A stretch of DNA of 64,000 nt from Takakia lepidozioides. Taxonomy: Eukaryota; Plantae; Bryophyta. The stretch covers positions 11,780,001 through 11,844,000 of the forward strand of contig CM060733.1 in the NCBI GenBank assembly GCA_030704615.1, written 5' to 3'. A program made the position numbers and the translations under genes. Shown in pieces: positions 1 through 12,300 of this stretch. Numbering within the stretch: position 1 is the stretch's first letter; each line of letters opens with the position of its first letter. The notes under the pieces are model-generated. The model saw nothing but the letters and a program-made list of their open reading frames with translations. It was not told the DNA's origin and made no database searches.

Positions 1-143
1 TAGTTGAAGAGAGAAAGAGAGACACAGACACAGACAGAGCACAGAGCTCAAAGGAGGAGGAGAAGATCGGGAGGAGAGAGCCCAACATAGATATCGAAGC
101 CCAAAGAGTGAGAGGATAACAGCTCTTAAATGTCCGCCAGAAT

Positions 144-450
144 TCAGACAAAGAGAAGTTGCGAGAAGCACGCAACGGAATCTAGACTCACTCGATCACC
201 TCGAGAGGGGGGCACTGTAAGCTCAAAGCACCTCTCCAAGTAACTCTGGACAAAGGAAGAAGACAAAGAACAGCGTAGGGAGAAAGCGATGAGGACGGGA
301 TCTCTACCCACACCAAGTTTTAGAACTGGATAAAGTCCAAGCCCATCACTGTAGGGATGAGGGAGAGCGAGAGAGAGATACAGGAACTGGATGAGCACAA
401 AGGAGGGGAAGGTGGCGGGGTCAAAGGTGGACCCGGAATCCATAGCCATC
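144..450 (-). pseudogene. Possible decayed LINE ORF1 (DUF4283-adjacent) remnant
   Basis: FDPATFPSFVLIQFLYLSLAL resembles the FDP...vWvqFpxLpl segment of plant L1 ORF1; no other support. Confidence 0.25.
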
Positions 451-995
451 TCCCTCACACCCCCACCCGCAGTGACAGTAAAATACAGAGCGCAGCGTGG
501 AAACACGCGACGCTCATAATTAAATAAAATCTTCCCTATTTGCGGACAAATCAATGCAAAAAAGCCAAACCCCCACGTGGCCCTCAGATCCCGGACGCCA
601 CGTGCCTACCTTCCACAGGGCTTCGACGCTGCTGAATTACACTCTACCGCTCCCAATGACCCCGCTCTTTTACCTCTACCCCTCTCCTGCTAGCTTTATC
701 CTCTCTGCGATTGGCCGGATGGTGGATGACGACTGTAGCTGTATGATGATATCATCCATCCGTTGACGTTGGCTCCTCCTGGAAATACTCTGGCTATTCC
801 CAAGAGGTAACTTCCGGTGGTTGATTAACTTTTAGATAAAAGTATATAATGGGTGGGACCGGGATGCACAAATTGTGGCTTAATTTCCTGGCTAACTGTG
901 GTTTCATAGATTCCAGATGCATTCCAGTCATTTTCTGTTTTACTTTGTTTTGAAAGTTTTTTGGGTCTTAATGTTTGCTTAATAAATGTTTTTAA

Positions 996-1055
996 GGCCT
1001 GATTTGTGAGCGGTCGCCTCCTGGTGTTTCCCTTTCTCAAAAAAGGAAAAACAAA
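996..1055 (+). mobile_element. 5'-truncated copy (3' end only) of the SINE at 1652-1898
   Basis: GGCCTGATTTGTGAGC...GGTGTTTCCCTTT plus an A-rich tail matches the SINE 3' end (about 1829-1870). Confidence 0.7.
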
Positions 1056-1651
1056 ATGTCTCAACTATAGGTTATGGGAGTGAATGGCTGAGGGCAGAGC
1101 AGAACAGAAACAGAACAGTCTCTCGGGATGTGATTCCGTCGACTTTCGTCGGTCGGTCGGCGCATTGGGTTGGATCTTGGATAAAGGATCATCAACTGCC
1201 AATCACAACACTCCTGCCCAGTTTTTAAATTTGCATATTTGGGAATCTTGGACGGCCGAAGATGCTTTTCATGGCCATGGAAGTAGTATCAGCAACTTCT
1301 GGTTTCCTGTATTTCGAAAAAAGAAAAAAAGTAGGCAGAAGGTTTTCACAAACTCGTTGGATGGTGGTGTAGGTAATTGTTGTGGATGAGTACTAAACAC
1401 TAAACATCTCATATCGAGTATTAGTTTCTTGTAATTCTAATCTACTTAACGGCATCGACGCAATGCAATAAATAACATTGCTATTATTATTACACGGTAA
1501 GTAAGGAACATTTGGGTGGTGATGTTGGCGTTCGCAAGTGAGGCAGGCACCCACGATCCGGATTTGTGAGTTCGGGGAGAGGTCCCATTATTAATTGCAC
1601 CTATTTTAAGTCGCATGTAGAGTAGATCTTTGGACCAAAGTATAGTGTGAC

Positions 1652-1898
1652 CAACAGTCAGTAGCTCAGTTGGTAAAGTGCACTGAGTGCCATCCGGATG
1701 ACCCTGGGTTCAAATCCTGCTACTTGACGGGTGTGGTACGCTCTGCTCCCCCTTCCCTGCGCGGTGACGCATCTGAAAGCCTTATGGCTAGGTTACTGAG
1801 AGGTTATTTTCTCCTCTCTCTATCAAGGGGCCTGATTTGTGAGCTGTCTCTCCCAGGTGTTTCCCTTTTAAAAAAATAAAAAAATAAAAAAATAAAAA
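1652..1898 (+). mobile_element. tRNA-derived SINE, full length
   Basis: A-box GTAGCTCAGTTGG, B-box GGTTCAAATCC, A-rich tail, and a 10-bp TSD ATAGTGTGAC at 1642-1651 and 1899-1908. Confidence 0.9.
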
Positions 1899-2274
1899 AT
1901 AGTGTGACTAAAATATGTGCTACAGCGGCATTTTGAATGCAGCTAAACCCGTCTATTGATCTCGGATAATTGACCATGAATCATGGGTACCCATGAAATT
2001 CGTTACACCGGGGAGAAACATGGGTACCCAAAATTCAATCCTCCCCACCAACACAATATTGTCTGGAATGCAATCGCGATAATGCGCAGTCCCGCCCTTA
2101 TCCGCCCACGTAGAACTGGCAGAACTTCCCCACTGTCATGTCACTGATGATTCGTTCGTTGTCAGCTAAAACAGAGAGCTGAAATTGCGGCAATCACAAT
2201 GGGACGGATATTGTCGGTCCGACTGTGACTAGCATGCGCACAATATTGGTTGCAGTCGCATTCGCGAGTGGCCC

Positions 2275-2941
2275 GCCATGGGCTTCATCGAATGGGAAAA
2301 TATGGGCGGTGATGTTAGGTGTATTTTGTGGGTCAGTGTCGGCCAACACGCCATGTCTCTTCCTTTAAAAACAATTAAGCGAAAGGGAAGGAGGCCCTGC
2401 TAACAATATTAAAAATTAGGGAGTGCCATAACGCACAAGACAAGACGTGGAAATTATTATTTAAGTTGATTCCTAACGAAATTTTGGGATTATCGCCCAT
2501 AGTGTAACTTAGTAGGGTTAAGTTAGAGTAGGGTTAAGTTAGAGTAAGGTTACCCTACTCTAACCTAAGTTACCTTACTCTAACTTAACCCTACTGTAAC
2601 TTAGGTTACCTAACTTAAGTGTAACTTAGTTGTTCAAAAGTGACAGACTTGTAACAACAATTAGTTACATGGTACGAAGGGTCAAAACTTAAAAGTGATG
2701 GACGCATGTAATAATTATCTGCTGTTCCGACTTCCGACAGCTCCCATGTATAGGTGAGCCACAAATCCAGGCACTTGTTATGAGTACCATGTACTTTGAC
2801 TGACTAGTAATTTAGTGGTGACTGCAGTTTGACTCCCTTGGATTCGCTGTTTACTAGTAAGACTTTAGTAAGTCATTAGTAAGTTACTATCGAGTATTCA
2901 ATTTATGAGAGGTTTTTTCCCCCTCGGAAACTTAGTATGTA
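2275..2941 (+). repeat. Dispersed repeat, copy 1 (possibly non-autonomous Helitron-like)
   Basis: Collinear, near-identical to 34958-35459 apart from insertions; both copies end in a GC-paired stretch followed by GAAACTTAG-T. Confidence 0.85.
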
Positions 2942-3045
2942 TTTGGAAGATAATAGGAATAATGTAAGAACTTAATGTTTTAAAGGGCCTCTGTGACCTG
3001 TCCCCTGTTAAGAAAAAAAAGAAAAAGAAGTATGTATAACTTAGA

Positions 3046-3440
3046 GTCATTCACATGTTTCCAAATTCCCACAACCCGGATTATTGACACCCATCATCCT
3101 CCGCAACATGTATGTATTTTCTCGAAAACAAGGGAAGCGGTGAAAACGATGGTGGCCGATTTCATTCACATGATTCCCACATCAAAGCCCTTGTTCATCA
3201 AACAACATGATACCCATCATCCATCAACAATATATTTTCTCGATAATGATGGATAACTAGACTCTCCGATTTCATTCACATGTTTCCGCATCGAAGCCGT
3301 GTTCATCAATATGATACCCATCATCTGTCAACAATATATTTTCTCGATAACGATGGATAACTAGACTGTCCAATTTCATTCACACGTTTCCGCCTTGAAG
3401 CCGTATTCATCAAACAACATGACGCCATCGTCAATACTTT
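3046..3440. repeat. Tandem repeat, about 105-bp unit, about 4 degenerate copies
   Basis: TCATTCACA(T/C)G...GA(T/C)ACCCATCATC...ATTTTCTCGA recurs at about 3047, 3160, 3270 and 3375. Confidence 0.85.
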
Positions 3441-6400
3441 TTCATCAGGTCAAAGGTCACATTTGTCATAGGTCATTTTTAAATAATAATAATAATAAAG
3501 GGATTTTTTCTGAGCAACTCATGAAATGAAAAATAATACATTATGATACTAAAATTATTTGGCATGCGACCCAGTTATGGTTGGGTGCACATGGGATTCA
3601 GAGCACTCTTGTAAGCTCGAAAAATCAAACAACCCAAACAAATTTAAGAAAACAAATTCAATGTTCAAAATTGCAGATCTACTAAAGAAGCTGAGTAAGT
3701 AGTAGTAAGTCACTAGTGAAGCTAAGGAACTAGCAACTTACTTTCTAGCAAGGGCGGGCGTGGGTACAGCCATAAATGAGGGGTACTGATTAGAGCGGAA
3801 TTAAGGAAATTAGCATCTGATCAAGAGCCCTGTACTTAGTGCTCTGACTGACTGGGCGCATGGCAGTGATGCCTTTTGGATAACAATTGCAGGTACTCTT
3901 ATGTTGCCTGCAGTCTGTAGCATTCAATGACACTTCGCTTTGTAAGCCTCTGTCAGTGCATGAATCACATTGTTTATTGGTCCTTTTATAACCAACTGTT
4001 ACATGTTGAGAGGTAGTGAACTTGAAGCAGCAGCACTGTTGTGTAATGGCCTTGATACGATTCAAAAGAATACAAAACATTTTTAGAGCTTGAGTTGTAG
4101 TTAGGTCCTGCAATGATGATGTTGGTGTTGATGGTGGAAGGTATACAGAAAATTCACAATATGATTTGTCCTTTCATGATGTTTTTCTTTTGATGCAAAG
4201 TGGGAATATCTGTTTCCACAAACTTTTTTCGTATGTGGGTTCCCAATAATTGTCCTCATATTTTTGAAGTGAGAGAGAGAGAGAGCTTGCCTCATGTGGG
4301 TCCTTCTGCCTTGCACTGACGAAGTGTTAGAAGGGATCTACAAATAAATCAGTACTACGCCACTGCCACCTTAGGCCGGTCAAACCCATGCAGATAAAAT
4401 ATCAATCCTAGCAAAATATCTGCATCTATTTTAGACAAGAGCACGGTGCCAGGATGCTTGTTTCCGAATCATGAAATGTTGTTGGTTGCAAGTAACCAGA
4501 ATATAATATAAATGACTAGATGAGATAAGCAAGGGGATGGATGGCTCCAGACTTTGGCTGTTTCTGTAGACTTTTTGGCACTTCACTGTACTTGTGCAAA
4601 TCTCTCTTGGCTTTTGTGCATTTGAAACTCCATTTGAAATGCAAACATTGAGATGATAAGGCCTAGATGGGCAGGTTGTGTATAACTTGAGTCTTGGACC
4701 AGCATCTTAATAAATCTCCACTCTTCAACCGTACAAGTTTCCTCTTTGATTCAGCTTTTCCCAAAACAAAATGCAGCAATCATTTGAATTTGGCCGATCT
4801 ATTCTCCGCCTTTTCCTGTGAGCAAGTCACAATGCCGCGATGATCTAGTTGAAGTACCCTGACCCACTCAAAAGTGAGCAGGACGACTGCAGACTCAAGG
4901 GGGTAGGACAAATATCATCATTCTTCACGTCCCTCTAGGTAGCTCTAGCCCTGTGCATGCAACTATATGTGACCGCACGTATCGTATACGCACCCAGCAT
5001 TCACAACCACAACCAATCCAAAAGTTATCAACCTATAACACTGATCTGCAAAGCTTCAGATTCCGCCCAGACTTTTTTCTTCTTCTCTTGTTTGGCTGCA
5101 TTCACCATTCACAAACACAATAGAGCCCACCCCTGAAAGGAGGCAGTACCCGCAACGGAACGAGGCTCTTATTTACTCTAACTTCAGCTGGCGTCTCTCT
5201 CTCTCTCTCTCTTTTGGGTTGCTCTTGGCCTGTTTTTTGACTCTGGTTTTGTCTCCTCTCAAGTTTTTTCCATTCTGTCCCATAAGCTCTTTGAGCTTTC
5301 CGCTCTCTTTATAAGCTCTTATAAAGCACCATTTCATTTAATTTCTCTCTCTCTCCAAGAAGCCCCCCGATACTGAATGGGTGAGCGAGCTGGGAAACAA
5401 TTCGGAACCACAGAGCAACAAGTCCGAAAGCTATAACAACCCGGACGTTATAAAGTACCATTTCATTCATTTCTCTCTCTCCACAAACACAGCAACAAGT
5501 CCGAAAGCTATCATAACAAGGGATACAGAGCTTGGGATTTCGTGAAGGGTTATAGGTTCGTATACTTACTTATGGTTGCGTGATTATGTGTTTTTCAAAG
5601 GGTAGTAGTTGTGGGTGATCCGGGTCCTGCAAACACTTGAGTAGAAGAGAAAGGGAAGGAAAGGACGAGGGACGGAGTGAGGGACCACCGTCAGTTGCGC
5701 CATCGTGGTCCACGTGCCGGCCGAGGGCCTGGTTGCCGAAAGCAAAGGGGATGGTGGTTGCTCTCAGATTTCGTGCAGTATTTTAAATTCTGGCTTCACA
5801 CTCCTGTCTGAGCGATTCTTAGATTCACTGTACGTGGCACTGCACTGCACAGCAGATGCCAAGATTTAACCGAACCAAGTGTTGTATTGATATGCATCGC
5901 GTTGCTCTGTCGTCGTTTGCATGTCTCGGGTAGGTTCACCGATTTGGGCTTTTTCGTCAAGTGATCTTATGTTCAGAACCTTGACTGTCGATAGAGAAGA
6001 AACGAAAAGTTTAGAAAGGGCAGGAGGGGCCGGCTAACAAAACAAAGAGACCTGAAATGAAATGGCGGAAAGCTGTGCGATAAGAGAAAGATATGAAATG
6101 AAATGATACGTTGTAACGTTCCGCGAGAGAGAGAGAGAGATTCAGAAGGGGTGATGCTTTCGCATTATATACATGATCTGGACCACCTTCAAACTGGGTG
6201 GAAGTCTGTTGATAGAAAGCAAAAACTTTGGGTCCACAAAACTGCGAGAGGGAGGCGACCTCATCAACCTCCAGGATGTTCCAGGAACAAACTCACACTT
6301 GAGCACTTGCCGTGTCGTGGGGCTGATGAAGGGCGGGAAAAACCTCTCAAGTATCGAAGCTCACGGAAAACTCGAAGTGCTAAAAGTATGAGATCCTCAC

Positions 6401-6458
6401 CTTCCACACCCACATGATTATTCTAGAGTGGAATGAATGAAGTTGAGTTGCATTTTGC

Positions 6459-7633
6459 TCACCCCCAGCGCCCCACTCTCGCGCTCTCATACTCGCTTTC
6501 GCTGAACTCCTCCCAGCGGTCATCCGTGTCAACAGGCTTCGTGCTTATCTTACTCCCCGTGAATTGAAAATTTCCATAGCTGCTCTTGAAGAGCCCTTCA
6601 ATTGTGTCGTGTTCAGAAAGTGGAAGTTACCTATGTTCACGTCACCTTCATAATCAAGTTGGATCTCACCTTCTCCGGTCTCACGACCTCGCCAAGTAAA
6701 AGGAATTTTTTCCGATGGGAAGGCGGAAGAGGAAATTGGAGGAGAAGAAGACGAGCGGAGTATGCCTTCCAAGATCCCCATGTCGAAGTTGGCGCAGAGA
6801 CGGAGAGAGGGGTTACCAGAGATCCTCTGAAAAAAGATGGACATCCTTTTGTCAGACATCCGGTACTCTCGGTCGATTCCATCGCAATCGATGCTCCACT
6901 CGCCCTTCACATCCCCAAACTTTCCTTTCCCGCTTGCCTCGCACTCCTGCCGCTGTTCCTGCACCTTCTGTCTTTTAGCGGCCCTCTTCTCTATCTCCCA
7001 CTGAGAACGCTCACTTTCAATCTCGCTCATACGCTTCAAAACTGCAGAGTGATCCCTGCCAACAATAATCCACCGAGCCCTATCGTGACCGGGAGCATCG
7101 GCGCTAACGGTGTGGAGGCCCATCTGCTCAGAAGCTTGGTGCACCTGCATGCGACCACCAATCTTCAGAACTAGAAGATTTTCCTGTTTCTCTCCAAAGA
7201 ATTTCTCTCGTAGGAAGCGCTCGGAATCAAACTCAGCCCGTGATTTGTCATCCAAAGCAAGGTACCGCTTCTCCCTTGCACATGCATTCTCAAGCAAAAA
7301 CCTGCGGTTGAGTTCCAATTCCAGCTTGGCCAAGTCCTCAGGTGGGCCTTTTAGTGTTCCATCGGACAGAGCACTCTTCAGCCCCTCTGTTAGAGTCGCA
7401 ACTGTGGCTGTCGATTTCATCTCAAGCCCATAGAGCCGAAATTGGGCTTGCCACCAGTCTTTCTTTCGCTTCAGAGGTGTCGCGTTCTTGCGCTTGGGAA
7501 AGAGCCAGGCCTCCAGGTTGGCTATGGACTCCCGAGTGTGGCCCTTGTAACTCAGCCCTTCGCCATAGCATTCAAACGGTGGTGACTAGATCCTGCCGAT
7601 CACAATGGGCAGCCTCGCAGGCAGAGGATCCAT
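6459..7633 (-). pseudogene. Intronless gene or pseudogene for an uncharacterised fungal-type protein with an R3H-like motif
   Basis: ATG 7633 is in frame with ORF 7420-6545 but interrupted by TAG at 7588-7586. A frameshift near 6610 restores the C-terminus IEGLFKSSYGNFQFTGSKIS...WEEFSESEYESARVGRWG* (stop 6461-6459). Motifs: WWQAQFRLYGL, RMQVH..EQMGLHTVS, FTWRGRETGEGEIQL. Confidence 0.7.
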
Positions 7634-9360
7634 CTTCTCTTCCTCAATTTCTTCCTCTCAGTCTGAAAGATACACCACAGATCCACAACTGCGAATGCTC
7701 CCGCGCTCACGCAGCTTTGAAGCTGTTGGGCAGAGGCTTCATGCACAAGCTCCGATAGCAGCGCAGCCAAAGCCGGGTAGGGGTGACTGCGTTCCCACGT
7801 TCCCCGAAGTCAAGTTCCTTGAGAGGTATGGCAGCTCAGATTGTGGGCCTCTTGTACCATGAATTGTGCTTCAGTCTTACCTTACCAAGAAAAATGTATG
7901 CATTCCAATTGGATCATAGCTGTACAGGGCTAATTCATCCTGTAGTTGTGTCATGAAGCCACTGGGATTCAAGTATACGTCCTCTGAGAAAGCAGATGAG
8001 CAGGTGGGTAAGCAACACAGTACAAGAACCTGTAGAACTAAAAACGGGGCGAGCAATACCTGTATCTTTGCTCAAGTGACCTCGCCAATCCAAGGCGCTC
8101 TGCCCAAAAGGAGAGTGATGCTTGTGAATTGACAACCAAGTACCAAGAGTGCTACCTTATGACAGGGCACACAGAGCTCACCTGAAAGTAATCAAGGAAG
8201 TTACCTAGAGAAGCACTTGATCTTCCTTCAACACAACAACGACAGTGCTCGCACGATAGTCAGAAAGGCAAGCAGAGATAGAGGCATACAAACCTACACC
8301 TGTGGTTGGTGGTTGAAGTTGAACAGAATGATTTCAGCACTGAAATCACATAAGGATTTGCCCAGGTCTGTAGTCTGTACAAGAACACAGCGTTGTGCTT
8401 GAGCAGGCAGTCCAGTGGTTAGGTGTTCGTGCCTTGCCTGTGCATAACCAGGGTCCAATCTGCCTTCAACCATCCATTGGCCCCTTGCTGAGCAGCAGAC
8501 TCTGTAAATCCAATGTAAAATTAAACGAACTTCAGCTTTATCATAAAGGTAACTCAGAACTCTCTTGGCACGAGGCTTTGTCAGAATCTGGTGCGTGATA
8601 CAGTGTACTCTGTTGAGACCCAAGAAATTCAGCCACTCCAATGGGCAGAGGGTGACTGTCTACCTTAGTTAACCTGAACCCTGCCTTGACACTACTTGCA
8701 GGAAGCTGCAGAGTCGAAAATATTTAATGCAGAGCTGTAGCCAGGTAATTGTTATGGGCCTTCACCACAAATCTGTTCCCATGTCCAAAGACACTGGGAA
8801 ACACCTCTCAAAGCCACGCGGCCGCCCACAGTAATACCTCACAACCCCAAAATGTATGCCAATCAAGAACCAAAAGAGAAGCAAAATTGAGACTTTGTGT
8901 TTACAGTCCGAGAACCATACTTTATTACATCTCAAATAATCAGAACCTGACATTTATGCCACAGAGAGCTGCCAATGGAAAAGCCTGCCTCAAACCTTGA
9001 TCAATGATCGAGGCTCCACATTTTAGTGAAATCTGAGGCAAACAGTGAGGTGTAGCCTATGGAATGACATGATGTACATATCACCTACAGAACTGGCCTT
9101 CCTCGCAGACTACAAGCCTGGCACCAGTTCAGTGTTGAAGAACTTAACCAACCCATCCATCCACCTCAATCGCCACACCTCCTCTGGCTGGAGGCTGTAC
9201 TGGCATAGCCAACAAAAGGCTTTGAGAGATCAATCCAGTTGGCAATGAGTGAGTGACACAAAATTTGGTGCACAAGGCTTTTCCGGGGATCTCCAAGAAA
9301 GTGTCGGGTTTCCAAAACACGTGGTGGAGGCGTCAAGTGAAGATGGTTCCCGTATTTTCA

Positions 9361-12300
9361 TCAGCGTTCACTTCGTACAAGCTCTGGTCTCTGAAGCTCT
9401 GGGCAGGGCTGGGGTAACACAAAAGAGGATGAACCTGCTACTTCTGAGCAGTTCCAGCCAAGTAATCCTGACGTGATCTCAAGGGCTATATTATTCAGGA
9501 AAATGTCATGGAAGGGGGCCTCCTGCAAACCCAAAAGCTCGCCAGCCTGCATTATGTTTTCCCCCACTACATTGTTTATAGATATCCTTTCAACTACAGG
9601 GTAGGCACTTCGGTCCCAATTGTCGTCAGGGTGCTGCCCATACAATCCCGTAAAAACAATCGCCTTTTCCACATTTCGCATTACTATGTTTGATATTGAA
9701 ACGTTCACAATATAGCCTCCCCGGCCCACTGATGTTGACATCTTGATGCCTAACTTCGTGTCCAGAATGACCATGTCCTCTACCTGCACCACAGGGGTAA
9801 TTAGATTGATGATGCATAGTAGAGATAGTCTTAGTAAGATGGACAACTTCTGACACACCTCTTGGCTTGAACCGGAACCTTCAGTAGTCTGCCAATTCTA
9901 TGTATGTTGAATGAGCAAGTACATCACCTACTGCTTGCAGCAGTCAGTCATTAGTCACTTTTTGATTGATTAACCTAAGATTACATAATGAGTAGATACT
10001 GACCTTGACGCCTGAGACACCACCTGACATTTCACTGCCGATGGAGAATCCAGCACTGGTTGGAGACGATGCTATGACTCGTCGAATATGAACAAGAGAA
10101 CTCGACAAACCATATGCCATCCCATATTCATCCCACCCGCTTTTGATTGAGATTGCATCACCACCAGTAATGATGGAACAATCCTCAATACACACATCTG
10201 TGCAGGAATCTGCACCCACAAAGTAACGTGATTCTTATGAGGGCCTTTTTGGGGCTCTGATATAAAAACTTGCAAGTTAGACCACAATTTTGTGAGGAGT
10301 CATAAGCCATAATATTTCCCTACCTCTTCAGCCCACAAACTCACCAACAGATCTTTCAACACCAGACACAGGTAGCAAAAACATCTTGTGCAATTGAACA
10401 CATACGGTATTCTGCCATGAGTGTTATGAAAAAGACAGATTGATCAGGTCAGACTGTAACTTAAGCATACATTGACCCACCCCTACTTAGGTTGCAGCCT
10501 GTGGACAGTCGTAGGACAGCATGATCTCTCTCTCTTTCTAGGCTACGGCAAACCATGTCTTATGAGTACATCCTCTCTTTCTCTCTCATACTCATACCAC
10601 CGTCGACAGCCCCTGACAAAGGTAGTTTCTGGCCCTTTGTGTTCCGCTCAAACTGAGCACGGGGTCAATGGCCACAGCTACGGCAAACAACGTCTTATGA
10701 GTACAATCTGTGCATGATTTGAAAGGGCACCTGGATCAATGCCATCGGTGTCAGGCGAGTCGATAGGGGCACGGATGGTAATATTTCTTATCGCCACATT
10801 GCTGGGGACACACCCAAAAAACAACGTAGACCGATCAGCAAAACAGTTTACATGAACCAAGTAAACCCCTGACAGGAATACAGGCAAGCCGAGGTGGACA
10901 GCATACAATACCGACAACAAAAGTGAAGAAAAAACATGAGTGCCAGGGAGCTTGGATGTAAAGTAGTGTATTCAATTGTACGTCAAGAGTGTAAATATAG
11001 TCTAGAACTGTTCAAGAGACAACGAGAGTGCATTAAGATATCAATGATAAGTACTATGTTGCAGGGATTGCATGCATGTGAGTGTGAGAGACTGTGCACC
11101 CATCGGCAGTTCCCTACAAACCTTGCCTGTAAGCTATGCTTGAAGCATAGTTCTGCTGGTTACTCAGGAAAGAAAGACAGAAAGAGAGATAGAAATGACT
11201 ACCTGCAATAGACAGGATGTATGCTCCAAGATGGTGGGTTGAGAAAGTTGAGGTTTGAAATCAGAATCCTGTTCGAATTGGCAATCTCCACCAAATAGCC
11301 GCGACTGTAGTCCAATGTCTGATTGCGAGCCATTTCCCACCATATGGATCCCTGGCCGTCGATTGTTCCATTGTCACCTGTGGAGGCAGGGCAACAGAAG
11401 GCAAAACTGAGCCCCATCCATACAGCAGCCCACCGCAAAATTGCCAAGTGTGTTAGTTGCTGTCATCCATGTCAGATGGAATTCCTCCTCTAACAAGATA
11501 GATAAGATTATCCCAGACGTCTGTTGAATGATTTTCAAAATGAAAAGAGCCAACATTTTTGGCAGTCCAAAGCTTTTCAAAACACTCCATTTTTCTGAAG
11601 GTAGAGAATCATCCACAAATTACAGAAAAAAACTTCCAATCACTAATAAATCATTCTTACAGAGATGCCCTTCTGAACAGCTCACACTTTCAGCCTGGCA
11701 GCGGGACTGCTGAGCTCTGAGATCAGGGCAGTTAACTGGCACATGCAGGAGTCTAGAGTTGATGACAAGTTGAGAATTCCATCAAAAAGTCTCTAACATT
11801 ATTAGACATGGCTAACAGAATCCACCAACGATTCATTTCCCTTGGGTGGTTACAACAGCCAGCAACACCCTACAGCAGAACATGTGCGACCAGTTAACCA
11901 ATTAGAAAACTACTGAGTCCATTGATGCTCGATAAAAAATGGATCCTCTGTAGAAGTTCAGACTTATCAAGTATGTCATGACGTTCATGGAGGACGTTCT
12001 GCAGCATACAAGCTAAAAAATATCCTATAGCCATGGATTTCCAACTGCATAAGTGGAGGCCTGTACAGGGAGCATGACTCATTCTACCTGTGGACACTGA
12101 AAGAGAGCAAAACCTTGTTTTCCTCCTAAACACTACAGCTGTATCACCACTTTGCTGGTACCAAGTTTTTGATCCAGGAATAAAGTCAACCCAAACTTTT
12201 GTAAAAGCCTTACGACAAACCTGAGTAATTGCCACTGTGAACTAGGCACCCTCCACCGTTTACCTTCACACTGTGGTTAAGGCCTTAAATTACAGACCTG

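Noticed and set aside
1660-1730. tRNA gene
   Set aside because: A and B boxes are present but no convincing acceptor or anticodon stems; the tail and TSD identify it as a SINE head.
3046-3440. CRISPR-like array
   Set aside because: Whole about 105-bp units repeat with no unique spacers; eukaryotic context and no cas genes.
6602-7174. 190-aa plus-strand ORF
   Set aside because: Antisense shadow of the minus-strand gene; no recognisable motifs.
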